Positions 25,151 to 36,100 of a DNA stretch of 64,000 nucleotides are shown in pieces (the stretch's first letter is position 1; each line of letters opens with the position of its first letter). This DNA is from Felis catus (taxonomy: Eukaryota). The position numbers were made by a program, and so were the translations under genes. The notes beneath the pieces are model-generated. The model was not told the origin of the DNA. It saw only the letters and a program-made list of their open reading frames with translations, and ran no database searches. The stretch spans positions 25,050,001-25,114,000 of the forward strand of contig NC_058369.1 in NCBI RefSeq assembly GCF_018350175.1, given 5' to 3'.

Positions 25151-25860
25151 AAGAGTGGAGGGTCCCCAATTTTTAGCTCCTTCCCTATTCAGAAAACCAG
25201 AATACAGAACTTGCCTCTGTGTTCACACATTCACACACAGAAATGCGTGTGTTTCTTTGAGGCAAAGACTCTTTCTAAATTGTCTACAATTCAGACTTTA
25301 GTAACTTATGCTCCAAGGTGAGGAATGGGGGTAGGAATGACGGTGGGCTTGGGGTTAAAACAAGATGCCATTTCACACCCATCAGACCAGCAAAATTTAA
25401 AAATCTGACAACACTAAGGGTTGCAGAAATGGAGACTTACATAAGGTTGGAGGGAGGGTCACGGACTAGAGAATAGTTTGACCGCTTCCAGTCAAGCCAA
25501 AGACGTGCGTGTCTTACTGGCCAGCGTCCCTCTTTCAGGGAGATACTCCAGAGTAATTCTTGCACGTGCTGGGCACATGACATCCATGCGCATGGATGGT
25601 TAGGGTGTTTATAAAAGCAAAGGACTGGAAATAACAGGAATACCTATTAGTGCAGAAGCTGAGGGGAGGACCTGCACCAACATCCCTGTCAGTCAAAACC
25701 AATCCATCAAGAAAGCTTCCTCTTTCACACATACCTGCCCAGACCATTTCTCTGCTCTCAGATGTATATCGTGCACATCAGCTCCAGCACCATTAGCTCA
25801 TGCCTCCTACCTGACTACATTTGTATTCCAGAATCACATGGGGCCTTCATGCTTGCAGAC

Positions 25861-26472
25861 CAGTAATTCTCAGATTTTTTTTGTTTCAGGACCCCTTTAC
25901 TTTTAAAAACTATTCAGGGCCCTGAAGAACTTTTGTTTATGTGGGTTATGTCTGTCAATATTTACAGCATTAGAAAATAAAATTAACATATTTTAATGAA
26001 AATTAACTATATTTTCAATGTTTATTTATTTTTGAGAGACAGAGACAGAGCGTGAGTGGAGGAGGAGGAGAGAGAGACAGAGACAGAGAGAGACACACAC
26101 ACACAGAATCCAAAGCAGGCTCCAGGCTCTGAGCAGTCAGCACACGATGTGGGGCTTGAACTCATGAACTGTGAGATCATGACCTGAGCTGAAGTCGGAT
26201 GCTTAACCGAGTGAGCCACCCAAGTGTCCCTAACTATATTTTCAAGAACAAAAACACGGTGAGAAGAGCAGCATTGTTTTATACTTTTACAACTCTTTTA
26301 CTGTCTGGCTGCATAGGAGACAGCTGATTCACATACCTCCCTCTGCAATCAACCTGCTGTGATGGTTATTTTGGTAGATGCCTATGAAGAAAAACTGTTT
26401 TGTAGTGATAACAGTGAATTTCTAGGTCTTGCGGACTCCTAGGGTCCTTGGCTCACAATTTGTAAATCACTG
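25861..26472 (+). mobile_element. hAT-Charlie element (MER119/Charlie7-like), split by a SINE
   Basis: TIR-like ends cagtaattctca...tgtaaatcactg; caggacccctttac...ttttgtttatgtgggttat. Confidence 0.6.
26017..26230 (-). mobile_element. Can-SINE
   Basis: TSD taactatattttcaa. Confidence 0.92.
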
Positions 26473-26839
26473 TTTCAAGTCACTCTCCACTCTGCCAAAG
26501 TTGTCTTACACACAAACACCATCATGTCATTTCTTGCTTCCTTCAAACTGTCAATGGCTGTCTATGGTCCAAACTCTGCTCATAAACTCTTCCCATTTGG
26601 CCATTTCAGTGCCTACCCATACTCTTTTACTGCTCTATCTTATATACTGAGAACTCTGCCCACCACTGGGTGCGCACCTGTCCTGCTTGTTCATGTCTCT
26701 GAGCCTCGGCCTTCCTCCTGCCATAAGGACTCCTATGCATCTTTTACAAGTCAATCCAAAGGCCACCACCTCCTCTAGGAAGACTTCTGTGATTTACCCT
26801 TCTCTTAGAGTTTCCTCTTTGTGTGCCTTATTATTATTT

Positions 26840-27510
26840 TTTTTTTTGAAGAGGTAATTAGAGGTAATTCAAGTGCATGAGATTAAATTCCAAAAAGATA
26901 CACTTTACAGTGATAAGCAGACCTCTCTCCCACCCAGCTATACCTTTCTCTCCCAGGAGAAAACCACTTTGATAGGCTCCTTCTGCCTTCTTCCAGAGCT
27001 GCTCTAGACATAAGTAAGCAAATCATTTCTTTTACCCAAATGGTGACATACCATATATACTGCTATATAGTTGCTTCACACCATATTTTGCACAGCCTTC
27101 CATGCCATCAAATAAAAATTGGCCTTGTTTTTTCAATAGTTGCCAATTACATTTTTCAAATGTACCATAACTTTTTTTATCTAGTCCCCCATTGACAGGG
27201 TATATGTATGGTTTCTGATCTTTTGTTGCAGCAAATATCCTTCTACATAAACCAGTCAACACACACAAGAGACCCTGTAGCATTAATATCTAGGAATGGA
27301 ACTGCTGGGCCCAAGGGAATGTATATTTGAAATCTGATAAACATGGCCAAACTGTCCTCCAGAAAAACCATTCTAAGTTACCTTCCCACTGGCCACGCAT
27401 GAAAGGTCCTGTTAACCTCACCAAACAGTGTTATCCAACTTTTTCATCTCTGTCAATGTGGCAGATGAAAAATGATATCATGTTCAAGTTTAAGTTAATA
27501 TTTCTCTAAT
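26840..27510 (-). mobile_element. Old L1ME-like fragment
   Basis: ctaggaatggaactgctggg...ccaaactgtcctccagaaa...cctcaccaaca is the reverse of L1M 3' ORF2/UTR. Confidence 0.6.
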
Positions 27511-27528
27511 AAGATCAAATGTCTAGAG

Positions 27529-27733
27529 TTGTACTGTCCATATATGATAGCCTCTAGGTATATGTGGCTGTTGAGCCTTAATTTTAATTTATTAAAATTG
27601 AATAAAATTTAAAACTCAGCTCCTCAGCTGAACTAGCTACATTTTGAGTGTTCCCTAGCCACCGGTGCCTAATGGCCTCTATAGGAGACAGTGAAGATAC
27701 CATCACCGTAAAAAGCTCTTCTAGACAGTCTGC
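27529..27733 (-). mobile_element. MER3 hAT-Charlie MITE
   Basis: Resembles the recalled MER3 consensus; flanked by tctaga. Confidence 0.75.
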
Positions 27734-27740
27734 TCTAGAC

Positions 27741-28056
27741 CTGTACTGTCTAATGACTACCATGAGCCACGTGTGGGTACTGAGCACTTGAAATGTGGCT
27801 AGTCTGAACTGAGATATGTTCTAAGTAGATAATACACACTGAATTTTGAAGACTCCATATGAAAAAGAGAATGTAAAATATCTTCTTAATTTTCATGTGG
27901 ATAACATGTTGAAATGCTAATATTTGGATATACTGGGCTAAATAAATTGTTACAATGAATTTCACCTGTTTATTTTTCTCTCTTTCCATGTGACTACTAG
28001 GAAATTTTATATTATGCATGTGACTCAAATTCTATTTCCATGGGACAACAATGCTC
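27741..28056. mobile_element. MER33 hAT-Charlie MITE abutting MER3
   Basis: ttgaaatgtggctagtctgaactgagat...atgttgaaatgctaatatttggata. Confidence 0.78.
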
Positions 28057-28154
28057 CAGAGAGCACAGTGCTCTGTTGAGACTTGGATTTTAGCATTTTT
28101 CTTTGTAACACAGAAATAAGTGTGTCACTACCGCTATAAAAAGAAAAACAGCTC

Positions 28155-28487
28155 GGGGAGCCTGGGTAGCTCAGTTGGTCCCGCCACTCGCCCCCACGCC
28201 TCTGAAGTCAGTGCATTGCAGCGGAGTCACGAGCCCGGCCTGTGCCGCCGGCGTCCTGCCCCCGTTCCACACTCGCTATTGACGCGCAGCCCTTGGCAGA
28301 CGGGGCTCCCACAGGAATGCCCTCTAGCAGACACGCCATCTAGCAGACAACTCTTGATTTCAGCTCAGGTCATGATTTTGGCTCAGGTCATGATCCCGCC
28401 ATTGTGAGATCAAGCCCCACACTGGGTGTGCAGCCTGCTTAAGATTCTCTTTCTCCCTCTGTCCCTCACCCACTCATGCTCTCTCTC

Positions 28488-28488
<1 letters not shown>
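28155..28488 (+). mobile_element. Chimeric Can-SINE with a ~165-bp CpG-rich non-SINE insert (28180-~28345)
   Basis: Head ggggagcctgggtagctcagttggt, then foreign sequence, then the SINE resumes at actcttgatttcagctcagg. Confidence 0.85.
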
Positions 28489-28546
<58 letters not shown>

Positions 28547-28594
28547 AGGAAGGAAGGAAGGAAGGAAGGAAGGAAGGAAGGAAGGAAGGAAGGA

Positions 28595-28642
<48 letters not shown>

Positions 28643-28644
28643 AA
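28489..28644. repeat. (GAAA)14(GAAG)12(GAAA)13 compound tetranucleotide STR in the SINE tail
   Basis: Counted directly. Confidence 0.97.
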
Positions 28645-29346
28645 AAAAACTCACCAGAATCTCTTCTTCTTCCTCGCCCTTCCCCACCCCATGCAGAAAG
28701 GGTGGGAACAAAAAAAGAAAGGGTGTGATGGTCCCGATGACGAACCATCAGCCCTGGAACAAACCAGTGCACTTCCCACCTGGGCGGCCACAGACAGGAA
28801 CCAGTGGCATCGCTGACCCTGAGCTGGGACTGATTTCCTGGTGGCTGTTAAAACAATGCACCAGAGAACAAAGTGCCTTAGAGACTAAGAATAGAAGAAT
28901 GGCTCCAAATAAGATTTGCAGGACTCTGCAGGAACAACCCTGTACCCACCCTAACCCGCCTTCCACCCTTGATTTGGCCTGGCCCCTTGGCTTGATGAAT
29001 GTCCCTGTCTCAGCCCCAACCCTCCTGCATTCTCAGCAGTCTGTGCACATAGTTCTGGGTGATGACTGAGGGATGGAGTGGAAAGGGGAGCCCAGGGAAA
29101 GCGGGGACAAGGGCTCTGCCCTAAAGAGCTCACACTGTAATGGTTCTACAGTGGAGACATGGCATATGTATTTTTGTCATCCGTGTCTTTGACTTTGGAT
29201 GTGAAAGTCAAGAAAACTCAAGTTTTGCAACATGATCCATAAATCTGATAGATCAGAATGACATTGTTTTCTGACCAGGAACTGAGGGAATAAGACTTAA
29301 CTGTATCTGAGTATAAGTTACCTGCTTGGAAGAAAACACTACATTA

Positions 29347-29347
<1 letters not shown>

Positions 29348-29386
<39 letters not shown>
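29348..29386. repeat. (ATT)n microsatellite
   Basis: Read directly. Confidence 0.95.
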
Positions 29387-29387
<1 letters not shown>

Positions 29388-29454
29388 GCTATGTGCCTTT
29401 GAGCAAGTGAACTAAGCTTTCTGGGTCTCAGTATTATCTATAAAATAAAAGGGT

Positions 29455-29592
29455 TACCAAAGAAAATGAAAACACTAACTGAAAAAGATAGATGTTCATG
29501 TCTCTGAACATGTTTATAGCAGCGTTACTTACAATAGCCAAGATATGGGAGAAACCAAAGTGTCCATAGACAGATGAAGGGATACAGAAGAT

Positions 29593-29639
<47 letters not shown>

Positions 29640-30095
29640 AGAGGAATATTACTCAGTCATAAAAAAAGAATGAAATCTTGCCATTTGCAACAACATGGAT
29701 GGAGCTAGAGAGTATAATGCTAAGTGAAACAAACCAGACAAAGAAAGACAAATACCATATCATTTCACTTACATGTGGAATCTGAAAAACAAAAACCAAC
29801 AGACTCTTAAATAGAGAGAACCAACTGATGGTTGCCAGAGGGGAGGTCATTGGGGGGGATAAGCAAAAGAGGTGAAGGGGATTAAGAGGTACAAACTTCC
29901 AGCTATAAAATAAGTCACAGAGATGAAAAGCATAGCATAGGGAACATAGTTGATAATATTGTAACAATGTTGTACGGTGACAGATGGGAATGATGATTAT
30001 CATGCTGAGCACTGAGTAATATGTAGAATCGTCAAATCATTACCTTGCATGTCAACTATACTTCAGTGATAATTTTTTTTAATAAAAATAAATAA
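29455..30095 (+). mobile_element. 5'-truncated L1 (L1MA/L1_Carn-like) 3' end with (CA)n
   Basis: atgtttatagcagcg...gaatgaaatcttgccatttgcaacaacatggatggagctagag; TSD aaaataaaaggg. Confidence 0.9.
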
Positions 30096-30227
30096 AATAA
30101 AAGGGCTGGATTATATGAGCTTTCCTATCTCATCCAGTCCAAAAGATTTGTGATCCTATGCATATGCAAACAAGATATCACAACACCTTCATCCTTACTG
30201 TCTCAGTCACTTCAAAAACACCTTTGT

Positions 30228-30426
30228 GGGGGTGCCTGGGTGGCTCAGTTAGTTGAGCGTCTGGCTTTTGATTTCAGCTCAGGTCATGATCTCACGGTTT
30301 GTGTGATCGAACTCCATGTGGGCTTTATGCTGACAGCATGGAGCCTGCTTGGGATTCTCTCTCACCCTCTCTCTCTCTTTGCCCCTCCCCCCACTTCAAA
30401 ATAAATAAATAAACTTAAAAAAAAAA
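30228..30426 (+). mobile_element. Can-SINE
   Basis: Head/CT/tail structure. Confidence 0.9.
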
Positions 30427-31223
30427 CCCACTCATTGGGCCAGCCATTAAAATGAGCCAGACCCTATGCCTGACACTGGCATACAACTATGGAAAAACCT
30501 CTCTTCCAATAGATGAAGTTCTTAAGAAGGGAAAGAAAGAGGAGGGGAGGGAATAAGAATGAATACTCACAGCAGAGTTCTTTACTCAGGGCCACCTGCC
30601 TGCACAGAAATTTTCACATCTCTGTGCAATTTTCTGAAGAAAATATTAAAAAAATGGATGTGACCTCCAAGAAGCAGAGGGCTAGTGATTGATAGAAACT
30701 ATGATAATCAGGTGCCATGCTAAACTCTTAGTACATGATGGGTGATCGAAGCGTTAGCACCCAAGGCAGTGCACGAAGTGTATGGGAAGGAACACATGAG
30801 GGATGCAATCTGGACCTTCCTTGGTGCAAAGCCTACCTCTTTCTCCATATCAGAGATGATCTCTTTGTGCATAAATTCTCTCCACTACTGTGCCTTCACA
30901 TCCCTCACATCAAAAGATGATAAGCATTTAACAGGCCAAAATAGTATCCCACTTGTTTGACCTGGGATGACTGTACCAGCCCAACCAGGAATTAGAGGAT
31001 AGAAGGAGATAACCTTGTATGAAATATTCATCAGTAGTCAGCACTCCAGAGGTACCAGCAGATACTCAGTCATTAGGTATTTATTTAGGACCTACCCCAT
31101 GCCAGGCCTTAGATTAGATGTCCTCATCACCTTTGTCATTTATCATGACTGTACTTATCTTCCCCCAACATGGCAGAATGCTCCACATAAATGCAGGTTG
31201 AATGACTAAATAATGATGATCCC

Positions 31224-31546
31224 TGTAGTGGATTAATTTATTCTTCAGCAAACTTTTATACTCTCTCCTGACCTCCATGGGTTGCTACTGTGACTTGTTC
31301 TGGCCAATGGAATAAGGGTGGAAGGGACAGAGTACCAATTCTGAGCCTAATTTTTCAGGGACATCAAATATTTCTGTTTGCTCCTCTGGGAGCTTCTGAC
31401 TTCCACCAGGGAAGAATATATGTGTGGATACCTAATGGACAGACCGCCCCCATCAACCTGCACGCCTATGAGCATAAGAGTGAATGCTTGCTATTGTTTG
31501 CCACTGAGCTGGGGGTAGTTGTTACTTAGCAAAAACTGACTGAGAT
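31224..31546 (+). mobile_element. MLT1-type (MaLR) solo LTR
   Basis: tgtagtgg start, gtgacttgttctggccaatggaat, ttgttacttagcaaaaactgactga end. Confidence 0.65.
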
Positions 31547-32179
31547 GGTCTCCTTGACCCACATCCAGAGATTTCAGGCAGACAGTGTTCTTGACTTCTC
31601 TTCTCGTTAAGGAGGGATTTCAGCAATTGGATTATTTCATTGCTCTCTCTACCCCATTTTCTCTGGGCTGGTAGTGTCCCATTCAAAAAAAGACAGTAGG
31701 CACTACAAAGACCCATAGTGTGGGTATCTTGGCACCTGGCACAGAGACAGGCCCAAAGGTGGTTCTCAGGCACTGCCTGGTGAATGAAAAGGTGGGCAGA
31801 CTATTCATTCTGGTGGGATGAGCACTGTGAACACCAGTAGCAGGCAGCAACCTGGGCCTCGGATGCTCAGAGACACCAAAGTGCAAGAAGTGGACCTGGG
31901 GCAGACACCATATCACTTCCGACCACATGCAGTAGACCTAGATGTATTTACTATCATGTGTTTTAAGAAACACATTAGAGCACTGAGTGACTGTAGGACT
32001 ATTCCTCTTTAGAATGAGCCGAAGTTAAAAAATAACAAATAACAACTGGACAATTTAAAGAGAAACAGTAAGTGAAAAATAATAGTACAAGTAGAATATG
32101 GAAATGAGAAAAATTTGACTGAAGTCTAGGAAACACTGACCCAGCTCGTCTCATTTTTCTACAGATCACAACTACGATC

Positions 32180-32395
32180 ATAGCTAGCATTTTTGAGCAC
32201 TGACAAGACGTACTGTTTTAAGGGTTTCACAGGTATTATTTTATAAACTCCTCATATTAACTGAGGCAGATACTGCCATGTATCCATTTCGCAGGTGAGG
32301 TGACTGAGGCTCAGAGAGGTAAAGAACTTGCCCAAGGTCAAGCGGCAGTGAGGATTTGAACGCAGATGGTTAATCTCCAGGATCCAGGTTCTTAA
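32180..32395 (-). mobile_element. MIR SINE
   Basis: actgaggctcagagaggtaaagaacttgcccaaggtca core. Confidence 0.78.
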
Positions 32396-33063
32396 AGGAG
32401 ATGTCTCCATTGAAGAACTTGGTACCCAGTGAGGTTCCTCATTGTCCAAGGTTAACTGCAAAACCTAGACCTTGAACCCCAAACTCCTGACTCCCACCCA
32501 GCTCCTAATACTGCTCCATGAGAAGCAAGCACTAATGGCAAGAACACCTGGGGTTTCTGGCCGGGGCTGGGTGGGGTCTGCAAGAAACAAGGGAGAGAGG
32601 TGGTAAACACCACAAGGAAGACTTGGAAGGGAAGGGCTGAAGACATAAACAAGGTTGCCAAACAGAGGCAGATGCTCAACAGATGCAGAGGAGCTAGAAT
32701 ATGGACAGAATTATTCAGAAAAAGAGGGCCGACAGAGCAAGGCTCGGCACACAGGGGCTGCTTCCAGAGCTCTTCCCAAGAGACCCACCCACCCTGGTCA
32801 GCATCGGGAACTGGTTTCCCTAAGTGACATCCACATAGTCTATATTTAGGTCCTAAAGTCACCCATTGTTTCTGTCTCGGTGGACACTCGGGGTCACCAC
32901 CCTGACCTCGCCCTCTCCGAGTCATACCTCTGAGTGTTCTATCAAGAGAGGCCTTTTTAGGATCTGGTTTGAATCAGCTTCCCCTTTCATGGCTCCCCTT
33001 GGTGTTCTGCGCAAGCTGTAAAAACATGGCTGGAATCAGGGTTTTAAAATGAAGCACTGACTA

Positions 33064-33278
33064 GGGGTGCTTGGGTGGCTCAGTTGGTTAAGCATCCGAC
33101 TCTGGATTTCGGCTCAGGTCACGATCTCATGGTTTGTGAGTTCAAGCCCCGCATCAGGCTCTGCACTGACAGTGCAGAGCCTGCTTGGGATTCTCTGTCT
33201 CTGTCTCTGTCTCTCTTTCTCTCTCTGCCCACCCCCTGACTGTGCTCTCTCTCTCTCTGAATAAATAAACTTAAAAAA
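33064..33278 (+). mobile_element. Can-SINE
   Basis: Head/CT/tail; TSD-like atgaagcactgac / atgaagtattgac. Confidence 0.9.
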
Positions 33279-33464
33279 CATGAAGTATTGACCTTCTGTG
33301 GAGTATGCTTCCTTTCCCCCACAAAATCAAACCAGGGTCATGTTCATCTCTGTAGGTAAGATGTTTCACAGCTCTGGTGTTGCTAAGCCTTTACACACTC
33401 AGGCTTCATGTCTCTAGTGGCCACCAACATTCTACGGTCAATAAGACCTGGGACACGGATCACA

Positions 33465-33690
33465 TTTGCTGAGTGCTGGCTCGTGCTAGGCACTGCCATG
33501 AGTCATTTCACTTATCCCTCATGACAATCCCATAAAGTAGGCACTATTTATTATCCCCATCTTACAGAACATAAAACAGATTCACATTTGGTAACATGCC
33601 TAGGATCACATGGCTAGTAAGAGGCAAAGTTGGGAGGCAAACCTACATCTGTGTGGTCCCAGAACCCATGTCCTTAATCATTACACTCTA
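33465..33690 (-). mobile_element. MIR SINE
   Basis: gtaggcactatttattatccccatcttacag...ggatcacatggctagtaag. Confidence 0.7.
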
Positions 33691-34354
33691 CCATTTCCCC
33701 TCCATTGCAGAACTACTTTGGCCAAATCTCAGAAGATGGATTTATGAGATTTCTCCTCCATAATCTCCGTAATTGGATTATGGATTACGAGGTTTCTCCC
33801 GTCCCTTTCTCTACACCACATCCGCTTACCAATTGACCCTCCCACACCCAGCCTCAATTCCTCCAGACTCTTTCTCTGGGGACTGTCAGAACCAAGAAAT
33901 AAAAATTTATTCAGTAATAGTTTCAAGAGCAAAATAAAGGTCAACAGTTACCCAGCCAGTTACATTTTAAGTTCCTGTTGACGTCCTTGGGAAATGTATG
34001 TTCAAATGTACTCATTTAACTTCCAAATAGGAGGGATATGAGGATTCTTTTTTACTTTTTGTGGAAGATATTTGCATACCTTAGATTCATGTCAGAACTA
34101 AAATGAGTTTAGAGAAATTTCCATGTGACAGGTAGGGAAGCTGAGTCCAGATAAGGTAGTGATTTGTCTAGTTGTCTCTTAGGTAGCCGCTAATTGGATC
34201 ATAGCAAACATCCACTAAAAGAGGCTGATTTGCCAAAGGATAAGAAAGCAAAGTGTTACTGAGATGCTGCAGGTGGATGTGGAAAGGGCCCCATAATGGA
34301 AATCCTCATGTAGCACCTACTGGCTATGAATGTCATTTTTGGATCCATTCTGCC

Positions 34355-34535
34355 TAAGCTTGAAGCCTGACCCACTGCTCACCAGCTAGGTTACCTTGAG
34401 AAAATTATTTGTCCTCTCTATATATCAGTTTTACCATTCTGAAAATAATAATAGCCGACTGTATAGTGTTGTAGGAATTTTGTGAACTATCATGGGTAAG
34501 TGCTTACTAACGTGAAAAGTATCTAATAAATGCCA
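34355..34535 (+). mobile_element. MIR SINE
   Basis: ctagcttaccttg-like core and aataaatg 3' end. Confidence 0.55.
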
Positions 34536-35649
34536 GATAATATTGTATTATTTTTATTTATGTTGCATTAACTATCACTAAACTGTCCTAAGTCATTTTA
34601 AATGCTCTGAATTTCTGTATCTCAAAGGCTCAAAGATGATTCTTTATCAGGTTAGCAAACAGCTGGATGAGTCAGATGGGAAAAGAGAAAAATGACAAAA
34701 CCACCCAAATCACATGAAAAGATTAAAAATGTATGTCTAGAATAATCATATATGAAAGTTGGAATTAGCACCACAAAAATCAGTCTCAGGATTCCAGTGA
34801 GAGAAACAGAAAAAGCAACAGACATTTTCTTTGGAAAACAGGGGTAGCTTATCCAAAGCTGAACACCGACCCACAAACAAAGAACAGGGACAGAGGGAGT
34901 AACCCATCAGGCCTCCTAACCACTCTTTAGTCTATCATAATGTAACATTTCCAGACGTTCCTTTAGATATAACCAAACCAGGCACCAACACTCTTTAATG
35001 AGAACACCAGTGAGTCTGAATCTCCCCTGATAATATCTGACTTCATCTTCTCAATGATGAACACATTGAAAATACCGAGACTCACTTTAAGGAAACCTAC
35101 GAAAAAGTTGTTCCAAACAGAATGAACTTCCAAAATTGACTTCAGCCATCTTTCAACCCAAAGGAGAAGAGAAGATCTTGGAAATACACTTTAAAAAACT
35201 CCCCAAACAAAAAACACCACAGGCCAAATGCATCCTTTTCCCCCCTTTTCCCCTCTTAACTGAAAGCACATCTCTTATAAAAATTAAAATACTAGCATCC
35301 TGGAACAAAGAGCAAAAGTCACCCCCCACCACACGCACACTCTCCTCCAATCACAGATGCTAAAGGAAGCCCTAACAGCTAGGCACTCACTTAACTCACT
35401 ATCTCCACCAAGCAACCATTTGTGGTCTTAAACACAACCACACAGCTCTTTCCTGATTCACACTAAAGTGACACAGAAGTCCCTCTCCATCATCCCAGGT
35501 GCTTTGAACAGCAGCTCCTTGCTCATTTTCTTGGGAGGTAAATGGCATTTTCGCCCTCCCACACCTCAGTTCCTGGCACCACCCAGCCAGGCACGAGTGG
35601 GAGTCGGGAGCTGGTCCACCCCTGGCTGGCTCTGCCGCAGGGAGCTTAC

Positions 35650-35700
35650 CTGAGCCCGGACAAAGAAGCAGCACCACACCATGGGGCGCTCCGACCTCAT
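35650..35700 (-). CDS. ARHGEF3: ARHGEF3 alternative first coding exon: MRSERPMVWCCFFVRAQ (in-frame ATGs at 35700 and 35682; frame also open to an ATG at 35835)
   Basis: Strong donor CAG|gtaagc at 35650 in phase 0, which joins in frame to the exon at 39-101. It lies in a GC-rich, repeat-free region and resembles a recalled MVWCCFFV-type ARHGEF3 isoform N-terminus. Confidence 0.78.
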
Positions 35701-36100
35701 CCACGCAGAGTCCCCCGCCCCTAACTGCAACGGAGCCCAGCAGACGGGATTCTCTGAGCTGAGCAGAGCATGGTTTCCCTGAAGGAACTCCTCCCCGCCA
35801 CTTGGGCTGCATGACAGGAAGTGACAGGGGGCCATCAGTTAAAAGTGTCAGAAGCTGAGACCACATCAGCCAAAGCTCCCCACCTCCAGCGGTTTCCTCG
35901 CCTGCTGCTGCTTTTTCAGAGCACTCTGCCTTCAGGCATTCAGAGGCACACCAGAAATTCAGCGTCTGGCTGGCAATCCCCAGCCCGTAAGAAACAATGC
36001 TCACTGGACCCCCACCTAAAGCCATGCCGGGCACTCCCGGCAGCTCTAAAGAAAGAGTTCGCTGCTAGAATCTTGGGCCTTGAGTCTGGAGCTTTGCAGA
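35690..36100 (-). promoter_or_regulatory. Candidate internal promoter/5'UTR of the alternative ARHGEF3 first exon
   Basis: GC and CpG content are raised relative to the flanks. GC box ccccgcccc at 35713-35721, ETS motif caggaagtg at 35815-35823, RUNX-type gaccaca at 35859-35865. No transposons are evident. Confidence 0.55.

Noticed and set aside
28410..29069. 197-aa KERK-rich ORF and its FLSF-rich antisense ORFs
   Set aside because: Produced by the GAAA/GAAG microsatellite.
35399..36034. 211-aa minus-strand ORF over the promoter
   Set aside because: It is in a different frame from the splice-compatible exon and runs through the donor. Long ORFs are expected by chance in GC-rich DNA, and it shows no recognisable homology.
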